Shown here: one piece after another, positions 31,305-45,089 of the stretch | How the letters are laid out: every line of letters begins with the position of its first letter | Numbering within the stretch: the first letter of the stretch is position 1 | Source: the human T2T-CHM13v2.0 reference genome, Homo sapiens | Assembly: GCF_009914755.1 (NCBI RefSeq) | Contig: NC_060929.1 | Length of the DNA stretch: 64,000 nucleotides | Strand: one strand, 5' to 3' | Translations under genes and position numbers: made by a program | The notes under the pieces: model-generated | The model's database searches: none | What the model was told of the DNA's origin: nothing | The model's input: the letters and a program-made list of their open reading frames with translations, nothing else

Positions 31305-31755
31305 TGTCAAAAGCACAATGTGAACAAATGCAGCTTAAAGATTGAATTGGCTTTATTAAGCAATTCATGAACAGGGCAACATCCCATCTAAAAAATAATA
31401 TTCTGATGAGCAAAGCAGAGAAGACTGGCTTTATAGGCAGCAAAAGGCTGCAAAAGCAGAAATAGGAAACAAAAAGTAGGTTGGTTATTTCAAAGTTACT
31501 TCCCTTACAGGGTTACAACAGAGGAGACTTCGTTATCATGCTGGCTCAAGTAGACCAGGCCCCTTCTGATTGTGGATCAGATTGCTTCAAATCTCCTGGT
31601 TTTTGTTGTTGTTTTTTAAACTGGTACATATTCAAGTTCAGTTTGATTATGTGGCACCTAGCACAAGTGACTGTATTCTGGTTTGATGTGGTCTTTTGGG
31701 GTGTACTGCAGCTGCTCAGCCTAATACAGTGGCCTTCCATAAATTTTATTTAACA
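31305..31755 (-). mobile_element. MER31-like ERV1 solo LTR
   Basis: Minus strand begins TGTTAAATAAAATTTATGGAAGGCC and ends ...TTTTGACA. Confidence 0.75.
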
Positions 31756-31969
31756 TAGACCTCTATGAATTTAATTAGTAGGCTTTTGAGCATCAGAGTG
31801 AGACTCACTACATGTTCCATAAAGCTGAGAAAAGCCAGGTTCAGGGAGATTTTCCCTTGGCCCAGTTACTTTCTTTTTAAATATAAGGAACATATCTGAG
31901 GATATGACATTTCTTTGTATTGTAGCTTTGGCTGCATCTTATGAATTAGTGTCCTTGGTTTTGTTTTCT

Positions 31970-32146
31970 TTTTTTTTTATTTTTAAGTTTTTTTTAAAAT
32001 TTATTTTAGTATTATTATTATACTTTAAGTTTTAGGGTACATGTGCACAATGTGCAGGTTAGTTACATATGTATACATGTGCCATGCTGGTGTGCTGCAC
32101 CCATGTAGGGACATGGATGAAATTGGAAATCATCATTCTCACTAAA
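31970..32146 (-). mobile_element. Short young L1 (L1PA2/3-like) insertion with 5' inversion
   Basis: 16-bp TSD cttggttttgttttct (31954-31969, 32147-32162); polyT and 3'UTR end, then a sense-oriented ORF2-end piece. Confidence 0.93.
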
Positions 32147-32272
32147 CTTGGTTTTGTTTTCTAAAGAATTTAGGACATGTTATTTTGGAGACTGTTTTTA
32201 CATTTGATTATGGGATGCATTTTTAGTTGTTTAATCTTTGGCTATTAATGTCTGCTTTTAACTTTATTATAA

Positions 32273-32607
<335 letters not shown>

Positions 32608-33319
32608 TAAAGTTGTCTTTTGACTACCATATCCATATTACAAATATATTTCCTGATTCCTCTTAAACTATAGTATTAAATATACTTAGAATAATCCAGT
32701 TTTATTAGGTACTATTCGTATTACTAATGTTCTAATTTTTAAACCTATTAGGTTTGCCAAAAATTGACTGATGTTAATTCTTCTTAATGTTTTCCATACT
32801 TTGTTCTTGTATTTTGAACAGTTTTTACTTTTATACTTTTACTTTTGATAATCTTGTTCTTGCATGAAGGCATGAAATCTTTTTGATGAGCTTTCCAGTT
32901 TTATTAGCAAATGTGCCCTCTTTATAAAATTTTGGATTTTTCTTATATTGTACTTTTTCCTAAGTTTGCCCCTTACCCTCCTTTTAAAAAGTATTGCCAA
33001 GAAAAACCCTAGCAGGACACTAGGTTCCTTTTTAAGTCTATCCCTAGTTCTCCACTCCTTTCATATCAAAGTTTTAAAAAATATAGTTTACACTTTCTCT
33101 TTTCTACATTATTTAGTCTCAGGGACTCTTTATTCCATTGCAGCTAGGTTGCTACCCCTCTGGATCCAACGGTTTTGATGTGGAAAAGATTACCAGTGAT
33201 GTTATAATTGTTAAATTGAATGGACACTATAAACTCTTTGACATCACTGCAGTGTTTGATACTGATTTTTATCTTTTTTTGTAAGCTTATTCTGTCCTTG
33301 TTATTTGGACAATACATAC

Positions 33320-34830
33320 TCCTTTTTTAATTTTATAACTTAATTTTGATATAATTTTTAACTTATAAGTGGCATCATAGTACTTGGGAAGGACTCCCAT
33401 GTATCTTGTACATTGATTCATATGTATATTTTTCTGAATCATTTGAGAGTAAGTTGGAGGTACCCTGTACCCTTATCTCTAAATACTTCATTGCATATTT
33501 CCTAAGAAATAAGGACACTTTTATACGTAAATATAATAAAGTTATCAAATCAGGAATGTTAACAGTGATACAGTAGGACAGTGTAGTCCACAGGCTGTAT
33601 TCAGATTTTGTCAATTATTTCAATAATGTCTTTTATAAAAGCCGCTTTTCCCCCCACCCAGTCAAGAATGGAATCCATGGTCGTACATTGCATTTAGTTG
33701 TCATGTCTCTTTAGTTTCCTTTTATTTGAAACTGTTCCTTAGTCTTTTTTTGGGGATTTCTTGATCTTTATATTTTTGAAGAGTAGATCCACTTTTGTAG
33801 AAGTCTCTCTATTTGACTTTGTCAGTTTCTTGATGATGGGATTCAAGTTATTTATGTATTCTTCCTATCTACCTGTTTGTCTGTCTAGTTACAATATCAC
33901 TGCAGTAATGTGATGTCCCATTGTCCTCACTGCATCATATCAGGAGGCATGTGATGTCTCTGTCCTAGTACTGGTAATACTGGGAACAACTAGTTAAGGT
34001 TTGTCTGCTAAGTTTCTCCACTGTGTTAAATTTTTGCCCTTTCTAATTAATATGTGGGAGATACATTGGGAATAAATATTCTATACCTCAGCCATCTCTC
34101 ATGTTTATGTTTTAGTGTCCATTGATGATTTTCTAATTCCTTCTATAATTGCTAGTTGGCATTCTACTAAAGAGAAGAGCTTTCCTTCTTATTTTCTGTT
34201 TATTTATTTATATCAGTATGGGCTCATGGTTAATATTCAATGGGTTATAATGCATTATTTATTTTCACACCTCAGTTGTCCCAGATTTGGCCATTAGAAG
34301 CCTCTTTGGTCTTTTCCTGAGTTATTTTAATATGCCCCCATGATTTCTTGACTGTCTCTTTGCTTTATGACGCAAGAATATATTCCAGGCTATCATGTAC
34401 TTTCCTGGCTTCAGCCTTGGAATAAGCTATTTCTTTCAGGTTTTTTTTTCTTTGTAAAATGATTGGTATGTAGAGGCCAAGATGTGAGAGCTAAGGTGTG
34501 GTCATTGGTACTGAGGTTTTATTGCATCTAGGTCCTTCAAGTGCACTGAGTTGGAAAATTTGTGTATGTTTGTGAATATACATACAGATACCTGTATCTA
34601 TATTTTTATATTTCCTCATGAAAAACCATAAGTTAGTACCGATATCTCCTGTTGTAATGCAATATCATAGGGTACATTCCAGTCTTCCACATTTGTAGTT
34701 ACTTATCTTACTGTGAAAATTCTGGCTCCCTTGTTCTCATTTGTTCAATCTTAGAATACATGAAAGCTGCCTTCAGAATTGTTAAATCCGTGCTACCACA
34801 AAAACCAAAGTTACTAAATAGAGTTCAATA
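33320..34830 (-). mobile_element. L1MC-like 3' region
   Basis: ctaaatacttcattgcatatttcctaagaaataaggaca; cattgcatttagttgtcatgtctctttagt; gtcccagatttggcca. Confidence 0.75.
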
Positions 34831-36019
34831 TTTCTTTTTAATTTTTGGATGTAAATTACATATGTGAAATGCACAAATCTTATGTGGTCAGTTCTTTTAG
34901 TTTTGACATATGCTCTTTTTGAGTTTTGACTGTATACTCTTGGTCCCCTGTAGATCCTGACTTTTCCTTATTGTCCTTTACTGGCTCCCCATGTCTATGT
35001 TCTTCTTTAGTGTTGTTTACAAAGTTCTAGTTCTCTTTGTTGTCTTGTGTGTTACTTTGTGTTACACTTATTTGAATGACAGCCTCTGCAAACTAGAGTC
35101 AAGATCTAATTTAACTCGTTTTTGTAACTGTGGGGTCTTTCATCATCTTAGGTAAGGTGCTTAAAAGGTGTTTGAATGAAAAAAAATACACACAGCAATA
35201 TTACTTATGTCAGTTTATAAGTTGTAAGTAGACACTTTATTTGAGAATCCCAAATAATTAAAACATCAGATTTTTATAATGCTAGATGAACAATCTTATT
35301 CTAACCAGTACATTTATTATCTTTTTCATTTTTATTTTTTTACATTTTATCCTCTGTGAAATTGAGATATATCTTTAGTCAGTAGTTCACATTATTGGTG
35401 TGAGCCAGCTATGAGAAATCACTGGCACCTTTGTAGGTAGAGTGAAAGCACCAGCATCATAATGACTTAAGATTTAATGAAATATGGTATAGTTATTTTG
35501 GCCTGTTCTGCCACTGTATCATAAGATGATTTGGGGCTTTTGTAATGTGTAAAAGACAGACTAAAAAAGTCCTTAATGTTGGTGTTGGGAAATGTAAGTT
35601 GAAATAGGTACGTTACTTTTCTTTATCATGTAATAGTTCCAGAGTTATCCAGCTCCACAGATCACAGGACTGTGATATCCTTCCAGGAAGGGCCCTGGTC
35701 CTGTTTATTCTCTACCTCTAGTTAATGGCAGTGGCTTTATAATAGGTAAAAGATGTTAATGGCTAAAAGATGGCAGTATTTATTTCAACTCTAACTGATT
35801 AATTTCAGTGAGCATCCTCTGCCTATGTGGATAGGCAGTGGCACAATCCTCCCTTCATGATATCTTGCTGGGAATACTTGGCAGAGGATAATGCTGGGTA
35901 GATCCTTGGTCTGATATCTCTAGGAGACTATACAATGACAATGAGTCTGAATGTGTTGTGACTTCTTTTTATTTCATATATCAATTAAAAAAATTAACAC
36001 TTATCATCTTTATCCACAG

Positions 36020-36193
36020 GAGTGAAACCTCGGTCCGGCTGGGCTATTGATCCCTTTGGACACTCACCAACAATGGCTTATCTTCTAAACCGTGCTGGAC
36101 TTTCTCACATGCTTATCCAGAGAGTTCATTATGCAGTTAAAAAACACTTTGCACTGCATAAAACATTGGAGTTTTTTTGGAGACAGAATTGGG
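36020..36193 (+). CDS. MAN2A1: MAN2A1 exon (probably 6), 174 nt, phase 1->1; carries catalytic nucleophile Asp ([12 protein letters not shown] at 36049-36051)
   Basis: tatccacag|GAGTGAAA ... AATTGGG|gtatgt; encodes [58 protein letters not shown]; not in the ORF track. Confidence 0.97.
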
Positions 36194-36799
36194 GTATGTA
36201 GGGTTTGATGAAAGTTGATCCCATTTGGCCTAGATACTATTTCACAAGGGTTATGAACTCATGCCACTGTGGGTTTTGTTCACTGTCAGTCTTGAAAAAT
36301 CAGGTGGCCTAAAGATAGTCACTCTCGTAATTATTTTTCCCATGTGCCTCTGTCAAGATTCTTTTAAGTAATAATGCAGATATTTATAGAGCATAGGAGA
36401 ATCTTTTTATGTTTAAAGAAAGTAGATAAATATAAGGAGTTAGTATTTTGCCAATAATGCTTTCACTTGCTTCTGTTTTAGAAAGCACGTTTTATCACAA
36501 ATTTGAACATGCATTAGAACTGATATCCAGTCATATATCTTATATTCAGCCAGTGTTCCTTCCTTCTGTCTCTCGTCTCTACATCTTGTAAGAATTGCTT
36601 TTTAAAGCCTTAATCCTGTCCTCCTAAAACAGCCCTAATGTCAAAATACCACCTGTCTTCACAGTGTGTTCTGTGGCCACGCAGGCATTCTAAGGATATA
36701 CTTGTGCAGCTCTTTATTAGGAGAGGAGAAAAGATCTAGGCCTCTTGGGAGGCCTTTGCCTTTCTCAACCCCTATTTAATTCAGACCACCTTATTTTCT

Positions 36800-37020
36800 A
36801 TTTATTTATCGAGCCTTTATTATGGGCCATGTATTATGTTACCTCTGCTTTATATTCATTCTCATTTAATCTTTTTAATATTATTCTTTTTTTATGGTGA
36901 AGCAATGGAGGCTTAGATATGAGAAGCCATTTGCCAAAAGTCATATAGGTCATGCATAGAGAGCAGAGATTTGAATGTAGTTCTGTGTAGTTCCTGAAGC
37001 CCAGGCTCCTAACCTCTGTC
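36800..37020 (-). mobile_element. MIR
   Basis: ctcatttaatc...gaggcttaga...ttgccaaaagtcata...gcagagatttgaa. Confidence 0.75.
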
Positions 37021-38837
37021 ATTGTGTTCTCAGTAAACTTTCATCTGAAAGAAATATTTTGTTTATAAAACAGTGTTTGAGAAATTACTGCATTACATTA
37101 TACTTGTTTTCTTGTGTAATCTAGACCCCTTAAGTGTTTCAGAAAAATCATTTGTAAATTTAGACCGTAACTTTCTTATATGTACTCCTGTTTTTTTCAG
37201 TAAGGAAAGCATTAGCTATACAGTTTCTTAATTCTAGAAAATTAAACCTGTAGGGAGAACAAGAACTTGTAGGGGATTGCATTCCATATAGTTTGATCAA
37301 ATGCTAAGGAGCATATTAATTTGAAAAACAAAGAATTTGAAGAAGCCCTACTTAAACAATTGCCCATAAATATCAGTTAGTATGAAATTATTGAGTACTT
37401 TTATGTATTTCAGTATTGTGCTAGGAAGAAATGTTGAAAACATCCTTGCTTATAGGGAAATTCCAGTCTAATTTGATAAAATACGGATACAGCCAAATGT
37501 AGCAGATAAAATTAAGTATGCAAATTAGCTGCAAAAGAGTAGCGCATAAGGAGAATTAGTGGGGTATGGAGTATGTCCTTATCCATAGGAGAGAAGAGTT
37601 TTAGGACTTGTGACAACCTTTTGTGGCGACTATATGCTCATAGCAAGCATTAGTGACCAGCATCTACAGTGTCACCGTTGTGAATATGATTCAGTGAAAC
37701 AGCTGACAGCACTGAAGTACATAGATTTTAATAGTTTTAAATTTGGAAAATAACAGTTAACTAAATTGATAAAACTGGAATATTTTAGGACTTACCTGAT
37801 AAATTTGAACATGTTGCTTTTTAAAAAATGTTTTCGAATTAAGTTGAGCTTGTTCACGTGTTCGAGTTCTTAATGAAGCAGTTATTTTCACTTATTAAAA
37901 ATGTAAATTTTTTTGTCTTTCTGTTACGTAAGCAGTACATACTCATTGCTGAAAATTGGAAATCCATACATAAATAAAGGGCGGGGGCTATTTAAAAGCT
38001 CAGGATCATATTCGCAAAGATAGCTTTTAACTACTAGGTAGGTCCTCCAGTCTCACTTGTTGGTAGGCTTCTCACCTCTCCAGGCCAACATGTGATAACA
38101 TTGTAGTTTTAATTAAAAGTAATTCTGCATCAGGAATCAGTGCTCATTTTCCATATCTTATTCGTTTTGTTTTTATTTTTGTTTCGCTTTTTGAAAATTA
38201 CTTTTTCTTTTCCTGTGCTTCTTTGTTGGTGAAAAGTCCCATTGACTGACTCATTCTTGGTAAACATGGGGTGAGACTGTAGATTCTCCTGGGTTGCACA
38301 TCCTCTCCTCACCATAAGAGGAAATTTTCTCCAAGAGTGAATTTCTCCAGTGTTTTTATAAGTCTATGCTCCACACTTCCTTTGTTCTTCCATCCCTTTT
38401 TTACTCCGTTCTTCTCACCCAGCCTCTGCAGCTAATATCATGGTATCTCTCAGTGAATTCTGTTACCTGAATTGGGAACAGTTACGGCAGGAACTGGCAG
38501 CCAGGGATGGACATAGTTTTGGATGAGCCAGCTGTAACTTTTACGGCTGCTCAGTTTGTATCCCTCCTGGTCAGCTGGCGCTGGTTCATGCTGGGGCTTT
38601 CCTGTCTCTGCTATGCTTAGATAGAAGAGGTAGATAGAGACTGAGATGTGTGAGTATCTTCCTTCAGACAGGTGGCCATTAAATACCGCTGGGGTATATG
38701 TACTGGAAGTTAAAGGGGCTGCTGATTTAGCACAGAGCTAAATCAGCATTACTTTGTGTAAAGTAATGACATTTTGAATATTTTTTGGGAAAACAGATTT
38801 TATAAATGCAGGTTTGTGTGTTGGCTCTTTATTTTAG

Positions 38838-39024
38838 ATCTGGGATCTGTCACAGATATTTTATGCCACATGATGCCCTTCTACAGCTATGACATCCCTC
38901 ACACTTGTGGACCTGATCCTAAAATATGCTGCCAGTTTGATTTTAAACGTCTTCCTGGAGGCAGATTTGGTTGTCCCTGGGGAGTCCCCCCAGAAACAAT
39001 ACATCCTGGAAATGTCCAAAGCAG
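38838..39024 (+). CDS. MAN2A1: MAN2A1 exon (probably 7), 187 nt, phase 1->2
   Basis: tttattttag|ATCTGGGA ... AAAGCAG|gtatga; encodes [62 protein letters not shown]. Confidence 0.97.
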
Positions 39025-40595
39025 GTATGAAAATGCGTATTTCATAAGACAACATCTTGAATAAAGTAGCCACTTAGCTGCTAGTTGCTGAAGGGTTGAA
39101 CAAATGGGCTTTATTAGCCAACATTATCCTTGTTTGAAGTATTCATTCAAACCAGATCTAAAGCAACTTAAAAATGCCAGAGCCTTGACTATGCCGGTTA
39201 TGTGTTACATTTTAATGGAAAGTGAACAATACTAGATCAATATACAATGGATAACCTATAATACACTATTATTACCATCTCCTTTGCCCTCATTATAAAA
39301 GCCTTCTACTGTGTTTGATTGATTTCATATACTTTTGTTGAATAAAACTTCTGGTCCCTATTGTACAAATTGGTAAGAAAAGCAATTCAACTGCAAAAAC
39401 ACATTTATTGAAATGGAGCACATAAAGAGTGTAATTATCTGTTCCCTTAATAACAATTTCAATAATAGTGAATGCTTCCCAGCTCTGGTGTATACACATC
39501 TTTGCATCATTCTGATGTTTTTGACTTACAGTAAACTTTAATTAGGAATATTTATACTTAAATACATTTAAATAAAAATCAAAGGTATGAATCATTTCTT
39601 TAGAAGAAAATTGTGCTAATGATGGAAGCATCTCATTAAACCAACTTACATGTAGTTTCTAATATTGGTACTTTTAAAGTTTAATTTCTTCACTTAAAAA
39701 TTAGTAGTGTATTAAAATGAAACATTGTGGTGTAATATAAAAACACTAAACTCTGCTAGGAAAATAATATAGCCCATTAAATAAATTAAATAAATTTATT
39801 TTTGCACTATTAAATCAGTTTATTTTCAAAAGAGAAGTCACTTAAAAAAAAGTGTGTGAGGAAGAAGGTGAAATGAGATCTTTTTACCTTCAATGAGTCC
39901 TTAGAATCACAAAGATTTTCTTTGTGAGCCTCTCACTGTGGCAGACATGAAGGTGTTTTAGCATGGCAGCCTTCTTAAAGTCATGGAGCCCTTCTATCAA
40001 AATGTGACTTTAATAGTTATTTAGAAAAACTGCCCAAGGTTAGGGATTGACTTGATTTCATTTTCTTGGTTCCTACAGCCATGAGAACCACTGAGGAATT
40101 CTGAACAACCTGCTTTCTAGCTAGGGTTGGGTTAAGTAGGCATAAGAGAATAAGCCAGTATATTGTGTGGTGGAAGGTGTAATAAAAAGGAAGGGTTGAG
40201 TGTGGGGGCACCCTGGCCTGTGTAGGTGGGCAAATAGCTGTTTATATTTACAGGTATTTACACTACTCTCTGCTCAGGTGACCAGGGATGGGGAAGTTCT
40301 TAAAAGTGAACAAGATGTTTCAGCTGGGGAGTCCCAGTGCATTCATAGTATTGTGAGCCCTTTGTTCTTTTTTTGGGGGGTGCTACTGAGACTACCTGAG
40401 GCACATTATTGAGGAAAAAAAGGCTTTTTTATAATCCTTTTGCTATGTCATCTAACCTTTCAACAATTGCCCCTCAGGATGATACCTTGTGCTCATTTAG
40501 TTCCAGTGGTTTTGAAAGTGATTTCCAGGCACCTGGGGGCATACTGTTGAATGAGTCTATATAATACTTAGAGATTTTTTCTTTTTAAACTTCTT

Positions 40596-40869
40596 GGCCG
40601 GGCGCAGTGGCCCATGCCTGTAATCCTAGCACTTTGGGAGGCCGAGGCAGGCGGATTTTCTGAGCTCAGGAGTTTGAGACCAGCCTGGGCAACATGGTAA
40701 AACCCCATTTCTATGGCGACGTGTGCCTGTAATCCCAGCTACTCAGGAGGCTGAGGTAGGAGAACTAATAGAACCTGGGAGGCAGAGCTTGCAGTGAGCC
40801 GAGATCTCTCCACTGCACTCCAGCCTGGGTGACAGAGTGAGACTTCGTCTCTAAAATAAACAAACAAAC
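40596..40869 (+). mobile_element. Alu lacking the central A-rich linker
   Basis: TSD aaacttctt (40587-40595, 40870-40878); junction tttcta|tggcg at 40713/40714. Confidence 0.93.
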
Positions 40870-41003
40870 AAACTTCTTACAAGTATTGAAATGTTAACTC
40901 TACTGGTTACCTCAGATCCATATATCACCTTCGTTTTGACCTGATGATGAATTGAGATCAAACACAGGCATTCCAGCTCATTGGCCCCTTTCAAGCTCCC
41001 CAC

Positions 41004-41292
41004 TTTTTTTGAGACAGGTTCTCTTTCTGTCACCCAGGCTGAAGTACAATGACACAATAGCTCACTGGAGCCTCCATCACCTGGGCTCATGCAATTCTCC
41101 CACCTCAGCCTCCTGAGTAACTGGGACCACAGGTACATGCCACAATGCTCGACTAATTGTTTTAAAAAATTTTGTAGTGACGAGGTCTCCCTGTGTTGCC
41201 CAGGATGGTCTTGAACTCCTGGGGTCAAATGATCCTCCTGCCTCGCCCTCCCAAAGTGCTGGGATTACAGGTATGAGCCACCATGCCTAGCC
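41004..41292 (-). mobile_element. AluJ
   Basis: Dimeric diverged Alu. Confidence 0.93.
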
Positions 41293-43270
41293 CTGTTCAA
41301 TTTGTTAACGTCCCAAAGAAAATGAAATTTAACCATAATGTACAGATGGCATCTTTTGATATGTCCAGCTCAGCAGGTTCTTCTACTTTGCAAGTAAAGA
41401 AATATCATTCTTTGTCAAGTTCATTTTTGGTCAAGTACTATATATTTTAAGTTGGCTTTTTCTATTGACCGTCACGTGATTTGATGTTTCGGGGATTTTA
41501 TTTTTCTTGGTTACAGTTAAGTTGACATTTCTTACCTGGTAAAATAAATCAGGAGCAAATTGCATCTGTATGTTTTCAAATGTGATGTTGGGTCAATTGA
41601 TTTGTTATTGGTTCCATATATTTACCATATTACCATTTACCAATTACCATTGGACCATATATTTAGTGAGTGTCTTCTTCCTGCCAGGCGTTACAGGCTG
41701 GTTACTTGGCTTTCCCAGTGTTGACACTTTCTGGACAGGCTTGAGAGTTAGGATAGATGTGAAATGTTAAAGGCATGCCATTAACGTTTGTGATTTCTTT
41801 TCTTTATATGTGCTTTACACATATGTATACAAGATACTCTATATCTAATAGTAAACCCTTTTTTATGCTGGCTGCCTAGGAAATCTAGTTGGAGCTCAAT
41901 TATATCTTATATCTATGATTTATATATTTGATTATTTTTACTCATTTTTTTTTGGTAGCCTTCTTTCTATGTGGTCAATCTCATTCTTCATGTGTTTTTT
42001 ATCGTAAGTAACCTAAAAGTGTTTTGGCAAATGTGGAATGTTAGTAAATTACTAGTAAAGATAAAGTAATGTGCTAATGTCAGAAAACTAAGCATTATAT
42101 GTTACATAAGGACGCTGTGGTTATATTTTACTCACCAAGGTATTATGTTACTGCTAAAATTTTATATTTGCAAAGCAATTTCAGAGATTACAAATGTAAA
42201 AAGGACCATATGAGATTTAAATTTAGTTAAATGTTTATAATTTTTATAAGATGCTTCATTCTGTCATTGGTGTTCTTTGAGATACTTTCGTAAGTTTTTA
42301 TATTGTGAATTAGAATTTACTTTTGGATGATCCTTGAAGTGAAAATTATAAAAATACTTGTCGTTTAATCACTGATTTCTTAAGCTTTGTCTTTGTAAAT
42401 ATTGTGAACTGCTTTGGGTTCATCCACTTGTATAATTTCATTTTCACAAGCCCTTTGTCTTAGTTTGTATTCTCAGACTTTCTTAAATGATGCCCTAATT
42501 CAGTGATTTCCAAAGGACATTCTGCAGAATACTATAATAGAATATGAAATACAAAAGCTATTCCATCAAGCTATTGGTTAGAGTCCAGAGAAGTAGAAAC
42601 CAAAATAACTAATTCAACTCCTAATCCTTATCTGATGGTCAGTATTGAAAAGGACACTGTGACAAATACTCAGATTATTGGTGGCAGGTGACAAGTGTGT
42701 GGATTTTTTTTTCTTTAGAAGAGGAAATATGACTCTATAAAATGTTACAGATTAACATTTATTCCCTTTTGGTTTTGTTCAAAGTACACTTTTTTCTATG
42801 TTTAATCAGATAATTTTAGATTAGAGAAAGGAATATTAAGACAAAGCAAACTTCAAAGTCTGTATATGTGGGAAGTCCTTATTGTCTTACTAGATAAATC
42901 ATTTTAACACCTGGGCTATCTGGTATTCAATCTCTGTGGCTGGGCTTTAGGAAGTCATTGGTACCCCACTTATTATATGCCAAGTTGGTACATGACCATA
43001 TTTCTCCAAAGATAATCCATTGGAAACCTATGAGTTTTTCCTTCTGATAAGAATTTATGAATATTTTTAAAGGATAATGAAAATTAGTATGATAGTTTTA
43101 AAAAAATCTGTCTTTAAATTATACTAACCTTGCAGATAGATAAAATATACAGTTTCTTTTAATAAAATGTACTTTTGAATTTGGTTATTTCCTTTTTAAT
43201 CAATTGTCACATTCACTTTTTCTTAGTCAAATTCATATTTGCTGTTTTTTTGTGTTTGTTTTTTTTGTAG

Positions 43271-43448
43271 GGCTCGGATGCTACTAGATCAGTACCGAAA
43301 GAAGTCAAAGCTTTTTCGAACCAAAGTTCTCCTGGCTCCACTAGGAGATGATTTCCGCTACTGTGAATACACGGAATGGGATTTACAGTTTAAGAATTAT
43401 CAGCAGCTTTTTGATTATATGAATTCTCAGTCCAAGTTTAAAGTTAAG
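43271..43448 (+). CDS. MAN2A1: MAN2A1 exon (probably 8), 178 nt, phase 2->0; PLGDDFR acid/base motif
   Basis: ttttttgtag|GGCTCGG ... GTTAAG|gtaagg; encodes [59 protein letters not shown]. Confidence 0.97.
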
Positions 43449-43959
43449 GTAAGGAGAAAATATTTATGATTCCGTATTTGAAATTGAACCTTTATTATTA
43501 AATGAGACTATAAACAGAAATCCTTAGCTTCTTTGTCCTACATCACAGTGCTTCTTAGAATATATAATTCTTGTGTAAAATATAATCCATTAGGAAGAAA
43601 ATTATTATATGCTGTAGTTCCATATCTAAAGTTGTCCCGTTCCTAACACTCCTTGAGGATTAAAGAGGAATTTACTTTTATGTGATTGAAAATATGTACC
43701 TACCAAGTTGTGATATTTAGTCTTCAGGGACTTACTGTTTTTGTTGTGCTTGTTTTGTTTTGTTTTGTTTTTTTACCAACATTGAAAGTCTGTTATTTCT
43801 CTCTGACAGCTGCATCCTTGTGATTTAGTAGCATGACTGGCAGATGCAGATGAACATGTCATGAATTTTGCAAACAAATGTCCTATGTCCAGAGAATACA
43901 CTAACATTTTTTTTTAAGTGAGAAGACTTCTAAAATTAATCGTTTGCCTATGGTTCTTA

Positions 43960-44540
43960 CTCTTTTTTTTTTCTTATGGAAAATTTAAAATGTACTGTAA
44001 AGTTCTGAAAATAGCAAAAATTGTTCCCCTTCTCCCCATATCCATGGCTCAGCTGCAGCATTCTTCAACTCAAGACCACTCTTGTTTCAGCCATGCCACA
44101 CTGCTGTCTCACTCCTCCCCATAGGATTATATTGAAGCCAATCTCAGGTTTCATATAGTTTCACCTGTAAATATTTCAGTATGTATCTCTAAATTATAAA
44201 AGTTCTGTTTAAAAATATAACGATAATACCATTATCACACCTAAAAAACTAACAATAATTTCATGATACATATCTGGACAGATTCAAATTTTCCTCATCT
44301 CATAAAAAACAATTCTTTTAACACATGCTTTGTTTGAGTCAAAATTCAAGCAATAATCATATATTGCATTTGATCAAGTTTTTAATTACAAAATTGATTT
44401 TTTATTGATACATAATTATATATATTTATGGGACACCTATGAATTTTGATACATGCGGAGAATGTATAATGATCAAATCAGGGTATTTAGGATATCTACC
44501 ACTTCAAACTTTTATCATTTGTTTGTGTTGGGACAACAGG
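43960..44540 (-). mobile_element. Old L1MC/ME fragment with an L1MA 3'-end piece (~44385-44540)
   Basis: aaatatttcagtatgtatctcta; ttttgatacatgc...atgatcaaatcagggtattt. Confidence 0.7.
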
Positions 44541-45089
44541 CTTTTAAAGTCTTTTTTTTTTTTTCTTTTTAAATGTGTCTTAGAGACTCTACATAAGAAG
44601 ATTAATTATTCAGCATGTTTATTATTTCACATATTGACATGTAAAAGTAGAACATCTGTGAAAATACTATAGAAAGGAAGTGATATTACTGTTTAGGAAA
44701 TTTGAAAGCTGATGGTGAACTATAGTTTAGTAAGAATTCAAGTTTATTAAATAAACCTAAGTAATATCAAATAGATAAATAAACCTAATAAAATATCAAG
44801 TTTATTCAGGATTGTTACAGCTGAATTTTTATCAGATTATGAACTCGGATCCTAGGGGTATGTTTAAATTATCCGTGTATTTTCCTGAGAGATGATGCTC
44901 ATACATGAATATGTGATCAGAGGAAGGGATATATATATGAGTATCTTATCTGTAATTACATCTTACTAGGAAGTGATTTTGGTTCATAGAAGCATCTGGT
45001 CTCCTGTCTGACTGAAAAAATTAGACCCTGATTTTAGTATTCTACCTATTTCATCCTTTGCCTACTAGAACAGTTTTTTAAAAGTCATT

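Noticed and set aside
38774-39064. ORF-track extensions beyond the exon borders (also 23756, 43239, 49952, 57363)
   Set aside because: Intronic read-through; true limits are set by GT-AG sites and frame continuity
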